DNA of 39,499 nucleotides. Origin: a virus. Location of the stretch: the IMG/VR virus record IMGVR_UViG_3300045988_136409; one strand, given 5' to 3'. Positions 24,510 to 34,144 of the stretch are shown in pieces. The notes below the pieces were generated by a model, which saw only the letters and a program-made list of their open reading frames with translations, was not told where the DNA came from and searched no databases. How positions within the stretch are numbered: the first letter of the stretch is position 1; every line of letters starts with the position of its first letter. The position numbers and the translations under genes were made by a program.

Positions 24510-24534
24510 AACACCTGTAACAAGGTGTTTTTTA
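24510..24534 (+). terminator. rho-independent terminator-like hairpin
   Basis: AACACCT gtaaca AGGTGTT followed by TTTTT. Confidence 0.6.
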
Positions 24535-24638
24535 TATGCCCAAACACGAGCAAGGCAATAAACTGCAGCGTGGCCGGAGACACCGAAGACAATGGATCGC
24601 AGTAAGGGTGACACCCTCAAAATGGAAAGGAGTACGTT

Positions 24639-25262
24639 ATGTTTTACAAGACAGTAAGAAGATTCTTAAACCCTGATGGGAGCCAGGGCGGAGCACCGTC
24701 AGGAGAACAGACTGATCAGCAGTCACAGCAGAATGTAGCACCGCAGATTGACTATGGAAAAATCCAGCAGATGTTGGATGGAACGCTTGCGGCAAAAGAG
24801 GATACGGCATTGAAAGCCTATTTCAAGCAGCAGGGGCTTTCCCAACAGGAGGTGGAACAGGCTATAGCAACCTTCAAGGAACAGAAGGCGGCAAACCAGC
24901 CGAATGTGGAAGCATTGCAACAACAGGCTGCAACCGCAGCAGCTGAGGCAAGACAGGCACAGATCCAACAGGCAGCGACGATGGCAGCAGTCGGACTGGG
25001 AATCAGTGTAACATCCATTCCCTATGTACTGAAGATGGCAGATTTCAGCCAGGCAGTAGGACAGGATGGAAAGATCAGTAACGAGAAACTTACGGAAGCG
25101 CTGAATAAGGTGCTGGAGGATATTCCTGCATTAAAGCCGCAGGAGACAGATACTACCGGTTTCCTTCATGTGGGAACAGGAGGAGATCCTTCGCAGCATG
25201 CGCAGCAGGCGACTGTACAACAGACACAGACACCGACCAAAAGATGGAACCGGTGGAACTAA
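24639..25262 (+). CDS. scaffolding protein
   Basis: 207 aa, Q/A-rich and helical, located immediately before the capsid gene. AAAGGAG RBS. Confidence 0.7.
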   Translation: MFYKTVRRFLNPDGSQGGAPSGEQTDQQSQQNVAPQIDYGKIQQMLDGTLAAKEDTALKAYFKQQGLSQQEVEQAIATFKEQKAANQPNVEALQQQAATAAAEARQAQIQQAATMAAVGLGISVTSIPYVLKMADFSQAVGQDGKISNEKLTEALNKVLEDIPALKPQETDTTGFLHVGTGGDPSQHAQQATVQQTQTPTKRWNRWN

Positions 25263-25281
25263 GGAAAGGAAGGTATAAGAT

Positions 25282-26265
25282 ATGCCTAATTTAAACTATG
25301 CACAGCAGTGGAGTCCTGAACTCCTGCAGATCCTGATGCAGGGAGCGTTAACATCTCCCTTTATTACATCTAATGTAAGATGGCTGGATGCGAAGACATT
25401 CCACTTTACACAGATGAGCACCACAGGTTATAAGAATCACAAGAGAACCGGTGGTTGGAACACGGGATCCTTCGATCAGACAGATGTTCCTTTTACGGTA
25501 AGCCATGACAGAGACGTTCAGTTCCTGGTAGACAAGGCAGATGTGGATGAGACCAACGCAACAGCATCCATGCAGAAGATTTCCAAAACCTTTGAACAGA
25601 CTCAGGTAGTGCCTGAGACAGATGCACTGTTCTTCTCCCGTGTGGCACAGGTGGCACAGAAGACAGAGGGATACCACAGCGAGACTGCTATTTCTGCTTA
25701 TACCAAGGCAAAGGTATTCGGAATGCTGAAGGATATACTTGCAAAAGGTAAGTTGAGACGGTACAAGGCAAATGGCAGCCTGCTTATGTATGTGGCCAGT
25801 CCTATTATGGATGCACTGGAGCAGTCCACAGAGTTTACCCGTAAAATTGAACTTACACAGATCGCTGAGGGTGGTATCGGCATCGAGACCAGAGTAACGG
25901 ACATCGATGGTGTACCCATCATGGAAGTTATCGACGATGAGCGTTTCTATGATGCTTTCGACTGGGAGCCTGCTGAGGGTGGATTTGCTCCGCTGAAAAA
26001 AGTTGCAGCAGACAGCACTCATAATATCGAAGCGGTAACCGGAGCTCATAAGATCAATGTACTGGTGGCATGCGGACAGACCTGTAAGACAGTTCCTAAG
26101 ATTGCTTCTATCTATTATTTCAATCCCGGAACACATACAGAAGGAGACGGATACCTGTACCAGAACAGATCTCTGTCTGATACCTTTGTATTCCCGAATG
26201 GACGTGACAATAAAGTGGATAGCGTTTATGTAGATGTGGATACCACGGAGTATACCGGGGAGTAA
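25282..26265 (+). CDS. major capsid protein
   Basis: 327 aa. The call rests on size and on position after the scaffold gene. Strong RBS. Confidence 0.75.
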   Translation: MPNLNYAQQWSPELLQILMQGALTSPFITSNVRWLDAKTFHFTQMSTTGYKNHKRTGGWNTGSFDQTDVPFTVSHDRDVQFLVDKADVDETNATASMQKISKTFEQTQVVPETDALFFSRVAQVAQKTEGYHSETAISAYTKAKVFGMLKDILAKGKLRRYKANGSLLMYVASPIMDALEQSTEFTRKIELTQIAEGGIGIETRVTDIDGVPIMEVIDDERFYDAFDWEPAEGGFAPLKKVAADSTHNIEAVTGAHKINVLVACGQTCKTVPKIASIYYFNPGTHTEGDGYLYQNRSLSDTFVFPNGRDNKVDSVYVDVDTTEYTGE

Positions 26266-26274
26266 GGATGGCAT

Positions 26275-26661
26275 ATGTCATACAAACCTTATGTAAGAAA
26301 AGAAGAATATAAAGATAGCTATAATGGCAGCGTGATTCCTGACGGAGAGCTTGAAAGAGCACTTCGTCAGGCCTCCCGGCATATTGACAGTCTGACATTT
26401 AACCGGATTGTGGCAGCAGGATTCGACCATATGACAGCTTTTCAAAAGGAGACCATCAAAGAGGTTGTCTGCATGCAGGCAGATTTCGAATATGAGAATG
26501 CAGATGAAATCAATACGATTTTATCCGGCTATAGCATAAATGGAGTATCCGCACAGTTTGGAAGTTCCTGGAATGTTTTCATGGAAAAAGGTATTGCCAT
26601 GAAGCGGGATGTCTATTCGTTGCTGATGCAGACGGGTCTGTGTTGCAGAATTGCGAGGTGA
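26275..26661 (+). CDS. head-tail connector/adaptor protein
   Basis: 128 aa. Called from position directly after the capsid gene. Confidence 0.55.
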   Translation: MSYKPYVRKEEYKDSYNGSVIPDGELERALRQASRHIDSLTFNRIVAAGFDHMTAFQKETIKEVVCMQADFEYENADEINTILSGYSINGVSAQFGSSWNVFMEKGIAMKRDVYSLLMQTGLCCRIAR

Positions 26662-26665
26662 TTCC

Positions 26666-27004
26666 ATGAAATATCCGTGTCTGGTGCCCAAAAGATTATG
26701 CAAGACAGATATCTCTGTTGCGATAGATCAGGAAGGACTGAACAAATACGGGGAGCCATTGAAGCCGGTGGAATATTCCGGAAAATGTAACTATCAGGAC
26801 AAAGCCAAGACTGTGCTGACAGCCGAGAAGAAACTGATAGAGATTACAGGAACAGCATTGTTTTCAGGAGATATTTGCCCGGAGCTTCCGGTTATATCCG
26901 GAGGAAGTGCTGTGATATTTGGGGGTAAGCGCAGGATTCTGGAAGGGCGTAAGGCGAGAAACCCGGACGGAACAGTCAACTATACGGAGGTGCTACTGGT
27001 ATGA
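26666..27004 (+). CDS. head closure / head-tail joining protein
   Basis: 112 aa. Start at MKYPCLV after GAGGTG. Called from synteny. Confidence 0.5.
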   Translation: MKYPCLVPKRLCKTDISVAIDQEGLNKYGEPLKPVEYSGKCNYQDKAKTVLTAEKKLIEITGTALFSGDICPELPVISGGSAVIFGGKRRILEGRKARNPDGTVNYTEVLLV

Positions 27005-27381
27005 TCAGTGTAAACTCCACAGTAAAGCTGAATTTTCCGAAGATCCAACAATTGACGAGAGCACAGGTGATGGCTTTAGAGCAGACCGCCGAGGCATTAC
27101 ATACCAATGTGGTGCAGGCACAGGTGTTCCCAAGGGATACCGGCAATCTGCAAAACGAGAGCACTTTTGTCGATTATTCGGAGAGCAGCCAGGGAAAAGT
27201 CAGTATCATATCTAGCACATCCTATGCAAGACGGCTTTATTTTCACCCGGAATATCATTTCCAGAAGACGGAGAATCCGAATGCAAGAGGCGAATGGTAT
27301 GAGGACTGGATCTCTGGGAAGAAATCAGAGTACTGCCAAAAGGCATACAAACAAATATACAGGAGGATTGCCGGATTATGA
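27001..27381 (+). CDS. head-tail joining (HK97 gp10-like) protein
   Basis: 126 aa with an ATGA overlap. Called from synteny. Confidence 0.5.
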   Translation: MISVNSTVKLNFPKIQQLTRAQVMALEQTAEALHTNVVQAQVFPRDTGNLQNESTFVDYSESSQGKVSIISSTSYARRLYFHPEYHFQKTENPNARGEWYEDWISGKKSEYCQKAYKQIYRRIAGL

Positions 27382-27785
27382 TGTTATCGGATGTGCGGGA
27401 TTATGTGGAATCCATTGAACTGGCAGACCATGTATATATGGGAAGCCTGCCGGACAAGCAGGAGAAGTCCATCGGTGTTTATAACAGCAAACATCAGCAG
27501 GAGTATAAGACAGCATTAGGAGGACCACAACTTGTATCTTACGGGACAAAATATGTCACCCTGTTGATTCACTGGAATAATTCGCCGAGAGAGTCAGAAA
27601 AGACAGCCATGACAGCATTTGATGCGGTGAAGGCTGCAAGAAATGTAACGGTCAACAATCAGTTGATAAAATTTATACAGCCTCTTTATGAACCGCAGGA
27701 TGTCGGAAAAGATGATGCCGGTATCTGCGAATGGGTCATAGAGATGGCTGTTATTTATGAGAAAGGAAAAGGTGAAAAAGAATGA
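27378..27785 (+). CDS. tail completion/terminator protein
   Basis: 135 aa with an overlapping start. Called from synteny. Confidence 0.5.
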   Translation: MMLSDVRDYVESIELADHVYMGSLPDKQEKSIGVYNSKHQQEYKTALGGPQLVSYGTKYVTLLIHWNNSPRESEKTAMTAFDAVKAARNVTVNNQLIKFIQPLYEPQDVGKDDAGICEWVIEMAVIYEKGKGEKE

Positions 27786-28231
27786 GCACACCTATTACAG
27801 GAGTATATCCATGCTATGAAAACCAGTTCCAGATCAATGCGGCAGCAAGCGGTGTCGAAAAGAAAATGGTTGATATTGCGGACTGCGAGACATTCAGTGT
27901 ATCTTTCGATAATGGAGTAGAGGAATGGCATCCGTTTACAGAAAAAGGATGGGTGAGACGCCTGCTTACCAGTAAGGGAGTTACCATATCCGTAACTGCG
28001 AAACGTAACGTAGGAGATGCCGGTAATGATGCTGTAGCAGCACTTGCGTGGGTAAACGGTCGCTCTGCAGAGAAAGATGTCCAGTGGACATTCCCCGACG
28101 GAACCGTGGTGCTGTTTGCCGGAGCAGTCGTGAACGTAAAGAACATTGGAGCAGGAGACTCTACAGCTGTGGCACCGTTGGAATTCGATATTATGAGCAA
28201 TGGAAAACCTGAGATTACTCCCGCAGCATAA
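27782..28231 (+). CDS. major tail (tube) protein
   Basis: 149 aa, located immediately before the chaperone pair and the tape measure gene. Confidence 0.65.
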   Translation: MSTPITGVYPCYENQFQINAAASGVEKKMVDIADCETFSVSFDNGVEEWHPFTEKGWVRRLLTSKGVTISVTAKRNVGDAGNDAVAALAWVNGRSAEKDVQWTFPDGTVVLFAGAVVNVKNIGAGDSTAVAPLEFDIMSNGKPEITPAA

Positions 28232-28246
28232 AAACAGGAGGCTATT

Positions 28247-28543
28247 ATGGCAAAGAAAATCGTAGATATTACAGAAAAGCTGAGTTTTGACGAGAACCCG
28301 GTATTGAAGGTTAAGGATGTTACCGTAGAAGTAAATTCCGATGCAGCCACTGTGCTGAAGATCATGGGTATTTTTTCGAAGGATACATCAGCTAAAGAAG
28401 TGTTGGCGGTATATGAACTGATTTTTAATGAGAAGGATCGGAAAAAGATCGATAAACTGAATCTCCAGTTCAAGGATTTCCAGACAATCATCATGGCAGC
28501 AGTAGACATGATCACGGGAGACGAAGAGCCGGGAGAGCAGTGA
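28247..28543 (+). CDS. tail assembly chaperone (G-like)
   Basis: 98 aa and acidic, located between the tube and tape measure genes. AGGAGG RBS. Confidence 0.65.
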   Translation: MAKKIVDITEKLSFDENPVLKVKDVTVEVNSDAATVLKIMGIFSKDTSAKEVLAVYELIFNEKDRKKIDKLNLQFKDFQTIIMAAVDMITGDEEPGEQ

Positions 28544-28880
28544 CCCGTACTATGATCTGATCGGAGATTACAGTCTGATCGTATCATCCTTCCAGGCGCA
28601 GTACGGGATCCGGCTGTCAAAAGAAATTGATACCATGAAGTGGGATGAGTTTAGGGATCTTCTTATTGGAATCGGACCGGAGACACCGCTGGGACGGATT
28701 GTAGCAATCAGGGCCGAGGAGGATAAGGATATTTTAGACCATTTTACTCCGGAACAGCACAGAATCAGGAATGAATGGCGTGCAAACAGAGCAAAAAAGG
28801 TAGCGCCTGATAATATGGCAGCAGTCCTTGATCAACTGAAGAATGCGTTCATTTCTCTGGCAGGGGGCGATATACATTGA
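28512..28880 (+). CDS. tail assembly chaperone extension (T-like, Gp15-like), probably reached by recoding from 28247-28543
   Basis: The frame is open from 28512. Coding-looking sequence DPYYDLIGDYSLIVSSFQAQYGIRL precedes the first ATG (28635), which has no RBS. This frame is +1 relative to the upstream ORF. Confidence 0.45.
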   Translation, partial: SRETKSRESSDPYYDLIGDYSLIVSSFQAQYGIRLSKEIDTMKWDEFRDLLIGIGPETPLGRIVAIRAEEDKDILDHFTPEQHRIRNEWRANRAKKVAPDNMAAVLDQLKNAFISLAGGDIH

Positions 28881-28902
28881 AAAAGTAGATAAGAAAAAAG
28901 TA

Positions 28903-29022
28903 GTGTGTCCTTACTGTGGGCATCCGGTGAATGCAATGCAGACGGAAGATGCACATTGCAGAGGAATTTATTTCCGCTGTAAAAATAAGGACTGTAAAAA
29001 GATTTTTGAGTTGAAGTTATAA
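28903..29022 (+). CDS. Cys-rich zinc-ribbon mini-protein (KTR/Com-like), start codon uncertain
   Basis: VVCPYCGHPVNAMQTEDAHCRGIYFRCKNKDCKKIFELKL. The only in-frame candidate starts are GTG 28903 or ATT 28876, which overlaps the previous stop. Confidence 0.35.
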   Translation: MCPYCGHPVNAMQTEDAHCRGIYFRCKNKDCKKIFELKL

Positions 29023-29063
29023 GACGCTGTGCCGATGTGCCTGTCTTAGAAGGCAGGCTGGTT

Positions 29064-31721
29064 ATGAGTGAAGCTACAAGCGTTGGACAGATCGGATTAG
29101 ATCTGGTCGTAAATAAAAAGGACTTTAATAAGCAGATGAGCGGCATCCAGAGCCTGGCTACGAAAGTAGGTAAGAAACTGGCTGCCGCTTTTGCTGTAAA
29201 AAAGCTCGTAGATTTCAGTGAGAAGTGTATCGAACTGGGATCAGATCTGAGTGAAGTACAGAATGTTGTGGACGTAACATTCCCGGCAATGTCAAAGCAG
29301 GTAGATAAATTTGCGCATAATGCCGCAACTGCATTTGGACTGTCCGAGACGATGGCCAAGAGGTACACAGGAACCTTCGGTGCAATGGCCAAGGCTTTCG
29401 GATTCAGCGAGAAGCAGGCATACGATATGTCTACCACTCTGACAGGACTGGCGGGAGATGTGGCATCCTTTTATAACATATCTCAGGACGAAGCATATAC
29501 AAAGCTGAAATCGGTATTCACTGGAGAAACAGAGAGTCTGAAAGATCTTGGTGTCGTCATGACACAGACGGCACTGGATGCCTATGCTATGGCCAACGGC
29601 TACGGGAAGACCACTGCGGCTATGTCGGAGGCAGAAAAGGTAGCCATACGGTATTCCTTTGTTCAGAGTAAACTGGCGACGGCATCCGGGGACTTTATGC
29701 GGACTTCTGATGGCTGGGCCAATCAGGTCAGAATCCTGAAGCTGCAGACTGAGTCTTTTATGGCGGCAATCGGTCAGGGATTGATCAACGTCCTGACACC
29801 GGCAATCAAGGTGATCAATACCCTGATGGGAAAACTGGTACAGCTGGCGAATGTATTTAAAGCATTTACGGATAAATTTGCCGGGAAGAAGGGTAATGAT
29901 GTAGCCACAGGCATGGCGGCTGCAGAGGATGCGTCTGCCGGAATCAGTGATAATATTAATGCCGCGGGAAAAGCAGCTAAAAAGTTAGGCGGATTACTTC
30001 CAACTGATGAATTGGATTTGCTCTCCCAGAAGACAGATTCCTCTTCGGCATCCGGAGGATCTTCAGGAATAGATATTGCTGGTTTGCAGACTTCCACGCA
30101 GGAAGTTGAAGCCAGTGTGGATAAAATTTCGAAAAAACTCTCAGATGCATTCAAGATTCCCGGTGTCAAAAATTTTGCAGATCAGTTCAACAATGGTCTG
30201 AAAAAGATTGATTTCGGAAATCTGAAGGATAATTTTTCAAGAATCATGGCTCAGATGGATCCATTGGCCAAAACTACAGTCAGAAACATTGAGACAATCA
30301 TGGATCCGCTGGGAGGATATCTCGGAAACAGAATCGGAAATAAGATTGCTGTTACAGCCAAGGCGGTAGACCTGGGGCTGGATGGAATTGCAAGCTATCT
30401 GGAGCGCAACAGGAAAAAGATAGAATCCTGGAGCAGTGATGTAAGCCAGTCTATTGCGAACGGATTTACAAATCTTACGGATATCAATGAGCAGATATAC
30501 AATAATCTGCTCGGGGCACTGGATAAAGCAGGACCTGATATTGTAAACGGAATCAATGATATTCTGACTGGATGTACTGGATTTGGAATGTCACTGGGAA
30601 CAATCTTCGCGGAAGGGTTTGAAATTTCCACAGAACACACATCCCAGTGGATGAAAGACAATCAGGAGCTGATAGAAGGTACACTCACAGATCTGTTTGA
30701 ATTCGGTGGAGAATGTGCATCACTGGCAGGAAAAATTGTTGAAGAACTTGGTAGCTCTCTTACAGACTGGTGGGAGTCTCAGGGAAGCAGTACCTTTGGA
30801 AACATTGTAGATGCCTGGAATGATATCAAGAAGACGGTTTTAGAACTGTGGAATGATATTGCAATGCCGGTACTGAATCATGCAAAGGAAGCGTTACAGG
30901 AATTATGGGAAGAAAATCTAAGACCACTATGGGATAACATTCTTAATCTGATCAGCTCAGTAGGCGATTTCCTTGCAGCCGCGTGGAGTACCGTAATCAA
31001 ACCAATTATTGGGTATCTGGCACCGACAATCAAGCAGGTGGCAGACATTGTGATAAACATCATGAGTACCGTATTCGCAACCGTGTCAGACATTATATCT
31101 GGAGCTATGAAAATACTGGGAGGACTGTTGGACTTCCTCACCGGAGTGTTTACAGGCAACTGGAAAAAGGCATGGGAAGGCTTACAAAAAATTACGGATG
31201 GAATCTGGCAAGCAATTTGGGGATCTATCAAGGGAGTATGTAATCTTATTATTGACGGTGTGAATGCAATGATTTCACTGATATATTCTACACTACGCAA
31301 TGTGGTAAATGGCATCGGAAGCGTCGCAAAGAAGGCAGGAGATCTGGTTGGAAAAGACTGGGGCTTCGAAATGCCGAGTGATCCACCGCAGATACCTAAA
31401 TTGTGGAATGGTGGATATGTCAAGGCTAATACGCCACAGCTTGCCATGATAGGTGATAATAGGCATCAGGGAGAAATTGTATCACCGGAAGATAAGTTAC
31501 AGAAAATGGCACTGAGTGCAGCGCAGGCTACGGCAGGATCTGGAGGAACCATTTCCGCGGAAAAGCTGGATAAGATCATTACACTTTTGGAGACCATCAT
31601 CAGAATCATAGCTTCTGGAAATACGATAGAAATAAATGGCGTGAAATTTGCGGAATTATTGAAAAAGGTAAACAGGGAGTATTTTAAGGCAACCGGAAAT
31701 TACCTGTTGCTGGATGTATAA
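29064..31721 (+). CDS. tape measure protein
   Basis: About 885 aa. Helical, A/G/K-rich, repetitive W/G-rich C-terminal part. Canonical position. Confidence 0.85.
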   Translation: MSEATSVGQIGLDLVVNKKDFNKQMSGIQSLATKVGKKLAAAFAVKKLVDFSEKCIELGSDLSEVQNVVDVTFPAMSKQVDKFAHNAATAFGLSETMAKRYTGTFGAMAKAFGFSEKQAYDMSTTLTGLAGDVASFYNISQDEAYTKLKSVFTGETESLKDLGVVMTQTALDAYAMANGYGKTTAAMSEAEKVAIRYSFVQSKLATASGDFMRTSDGWANQVRILKLQTESFMAAIGQGLINVLTPAIKVINTLMGKLVQLANVFKAFTDKFAGKKGNDVATGMAAAEDASAGISDNINAAGKAAKKLGGLLPTDELDLLSQKTDSSSASGGSSGIDIAGLQTSTQEVEASVDKISKKLSDAFKIPGVKNFADQFNNGLKKIDFGNLKDNFSRIMAQMDPLAKTTVRNIETIMDPLGGYLGNRIGNKIAVTAKAVDLGLDGIASYLERNRKKIESWSSDVSQSIANGFTNLTDINEQIYNNLLGALDKAGPDIVNGINDILTGCTGFGMSLGTIFAEGFEISTEHTSQWMKDNQELIEGTLTDLFEFGGECASLAGKIVEELGSSLTDWWESQGSSTFGNIVDAWNDIKKTVLELWNDIAMPVLNHAKEALQELWEENLRPLWDNILNLISSVGDFLAAAWSTVIKPIIGYLAPTIKQVADIVINIMSTVFATVSDIISGAMKILGGLLDFLTGVFTGNWKKAWEGLQKITDGIWQAIWGSIKGVCNLIIDGVNAMISLIYSTLRNVVNGIGSVAKKAGDLVGKDWGFEMPSDPPQIPKLWNGGYVKANTPQLAMIGDNRHQGEIVSPEDKLQKMALSAAQATAGSGGTISAEKLDKIITLLETIIRIIASGNTIEINGVKFAELLKKVNREYFKATGNYLLLDV

Positions 31722-31733
31722 GGAGGCAACAGA

Positions 31734-32135
31734 ATGGCATTTCAAGGGTGGCTGTTAAAAGTAGGAGATACAGATATTTCGAAATATGTGGATATCGAAA
31801 ATTATAAGGTAAGCCCGGAACAGAGAGCAGACTTGGATTCTGACAGAAATGGATTGAATAAGTTATACCGTGAGGTCGCAGACCATTATACAACCAAAAT
31901 AGAGTTCAATACAATTCCTATGGAGTCTGCAGAAATGACAGATTTTCTGCAGACTTTGGAAACTGCATACATAAATGTGAAGGAAAGGAAAGCATTAGTC
32001 ACATACTTTGATGTGAACACCGGAGAATATAAGACGGGAGAAATGTATGTGCCGAATTATACAGTAGAAACGAAGTCGTGGAACGGCATGGAGCTTGAGT
32101 ATAAACCTCTGCGTATTGCATTCATAGAGTATTAA
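31734..32135 (+). CDS. distal tail protein-like
   Basis: 133 aa, located directly after the tape measure gene. AAGGAGG RBS. Confidence 0.55.
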   Translation: MAFQGWLLKVGDTDISKYVDIENYKVSPEQRADLDSDRNGLNKLYREVADHYTTKIEFNTIPMESAEMTDFLQTLETAYINVKERKALVTYFDVNTGEYKTGEMYVPNYTVETKSWNGMELEYKPLRIAFIEY

Positions 32136-32144
32136 GGAGGAGAC

Positions 32145-33929
32145 ATGGTAGATTACAAATATAAAGATATTTATAATGACACATCTGTTTCCAAAAAAAT
32201 GCAGATTGAATGTAGTGATGGAAGTGTGCTGAATGAGGAGGACTGGAAAGGTGAAAGCGCAGAACTCACAGAGAGACTATGCTCAGAGAGTGAAATAAGT
32301 TTTGGCAGATGTGAGGCGAGTACTTTCAAATTGAGGGTCAGGGAACGGGTAGTACCTCTTGCAGGGAAAAAGATATCAGTATCAGTAACATTGGAAGGAG
32401 CCGATGAGGCTCCTTTTATGATGGGAGTTTATAAAGTGGATTCTGATGTACCTACGGCAGATAGAAGATATCGGGATATCGTAGCATACGATGCTATGTA
32501 CGACATTCTGAATGCGGAGGTGTCTGCGTGGTATAACAGCCTGACATTTCCGATAACTCTTCGGCAGTTCCGGGATAACTTTTGCACCTATGTCGGCGTG
32601 GAGCAGGAAGAAATTACGTTGGTTAACGATGATATGGTGGTAGAAAAAACCATAGATCCCGGAGAACTCCCAGGAAAGACGGTTATAGAAGCCATCTGCG
32701 AGATCAATGGCTGCTTTGGACACATTACCCGAGCAGGCAAGTTGCGATATGTGGTGCTGGAGCAGATGATAGAAGGACTGTATCCGGCGGATGATCTGTA
32801 TCCGGCAGATGACCTTTATCCTGCAGATCCGATGGGCACCACAGAAGTATCCCGGAATAATTATATCTCCTGCCAATATGAGGATTTCATAGTTCAGCAC
32901 ATTGATAAATTGCAGATTCGCCAGGAAGAAAATGATATCGGGGCAATCGCCGGCACAGGGGATAACTGCTATATCATCGAAGATAACTTCTTGGTATACG
33001 GCAAATCGGCAGCAGACCTGCAGACCATCGCAGACAACGTCCTCAGCGTAATCGGTGTCGTATGGTATCGCCCAGCGCAGGTGGAAGCCCGCGGCAATCC
33101 CTGCCTGGAGGTGGGAGATGGCATTTTGTTACATACAACCCGTGAGGATGTGTACACCTACATCTTACAGCGAACACTGAAAGGCATCCAGGCACTCCGG
33201 GACAGTTATACAGCGGAGGGCGAGGAGTACAGGACCGGGCAGGTTAATGGACTGCAGAAGCAGATTATCCAGTTGAAGGGCAAAACAAATGTGCTTACTA
33301 GGACGGTGGATGAAACTCGTCTGGAAATGAAAGATATCAACCAGAACCTGTCCACGCAGATCAGCATCAATGCACAGCAGATCCTTACCAAGGTATCCAA
33401 GGACAACATTGTATCAGAGATCAATCAGACTGCGGAAAGCATCAAGATCAAGGCAGAGCGGATAGACCTGGTCGGTGTGGTAAATGCGGACGAACTGGTT
33501 AGCAAATATGCGACCATCGAGACCCTGAATGTAACCAAACTGGAACTGAACAACCTGATTGCCACCAAGGCAACCATTGACTCTCTGAATGCCGTCAGTG
33601 GCCGCGTGGGGAGCCTGGAAGCAGATCATGTGACAGTCTCTGATCTGAATGGTGTAAGCGCCCGTTTGGGAACGGTAGAAGCCAACTATATCAGTGCTGG
33701 AACCGTAAAGGCTAATTACATGGAAGTAGCTAACTGGACATCCTCCGGGGTAATCAAAGCAGAGAGAATCAGTGCAGCTACTATCGTTAACAAGCTGTCC
33801 AGTGTGGACCTGATCAGCGTAAGAGCTATCGGTGTGTCGGGCTATATGAATTATAAAGGTACGGCAGTTGCGTGGAGAACAAAAAACATTAGTGGGACTG
33901 TTATTACTTATTTAGGACCGGAGGATTAA
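32145..33929 (+). CDS. tail-associated / baseplate hub (Tal-like) protein with C-terminal coiled-coil
   Basis: 594 aa. Called from position after Dit. The C-terminal part has heptad-like repeats. Confidence 0.65.
   Translation: MVDYKYKDIYNDTSVSKKMQIECSDGSVLNEEDWKGESAELTERLCSESEISFGRCEASTFKLRVRERVVPLAGKKISVSVTLEGADEAPFMMGVYKVDSDVPTADRRYRDIVAYDAMYDILNAEVSAWYNSLTFPITLRQFRDNFCTYVGVEQEEITLVNDDMVVEKTIDPGELPGKTVIEAICEINGCFGHITRAGKLRYVVLEQMIEGLYPADDLYPADDLYPADPMGTTEVSRNNYISCQYEDFIVQHIDKLQIRQEENDIGAIAGTGDNCYIIEDNFLVYGKSAADLQTIADNVLSVIGVVWYRPAQVEARGNPCLEVGDGILLHTTREDVYTYILQRTLKGIQALRDSYTAEGEEYRTGQVNGLQKQIIQLKGKTNVLTRTVDETRLEMKDINQNLSTQISINAQQILTKVSKDNIVSEINQTAESIKIKAERIDLVGVVNADELVSKYATIETLNVTKLELNNLIATKATIDSLNAVSGRVGSLEADHVTVSDLNGVSARLGTVEANYISAGTVKANYMEVANWTSSGVIKAERISAATIVNKLSSVDLISVRAIGVSGYMNYKGTAVAWRTKNISGTVITYLGPED
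32778..32831 (+). repeat. 3 x 18-bp tandem repeat encoding LYPADD-LYPADD-LYPADP
   Basis: ctgtatccggcggatgat / ctgtatccggcagatgac / ctttatcctgcagatccg. Confidence 0.9.
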
Positions 33930-33931
33930 GA

Positions 33932-34144
33932 ATGAGCAATTTAGAAATCAGGGAATTTAGTCAGGCAATTACAAACTTTGTGGATAGTTCCGGGTTGCCG
34001 GAGGAGGTCAAGCGTATGGCACTGCAGGAGGTGCTGACACGTCAGGAGCAGAAAGCGCGGGAGGCATTGTTAGCGGAGATTAAAGCCAGGGATGTGACCG
34101 AGGCGAAACAGGAAGAGGTGAAGCAGGATGCAGAAAGCGTATGA
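33932..34144 (+). CDS. hypothetical small protein
   Basis: 70 aa with a GGAGGA RBS. Confidence 0.55.
   Translation: MSNLEIREFSQAITNFVDSSGLPEEVKRMALQEVLTRQEQKAREALLAEIKARDVTEAKQEEVKQDAESV

Noticed and set aside
25348-26274. A 308-aa minus-strand ORF, among the longest in the track.
   Set aside because: It lies entirely antisense to the major capsid gene, has no RBS and has a Cys/Leu/His-rich junk-like composition. It is a shadow ORF.
27814-28620. A 268-aa minus-strand ORF across the tail tube and chaperone genes.
   Set aside because: It is antisense to well-supported, RBS-bearing structural genes, and its composition is low-complexity S/T/A-rich. It is a shadow ORF. The same reasoning applies to 13092-13940, 19526-20269, 10603-11319, 11893-12558, 28832-29437 and 30878-31447.
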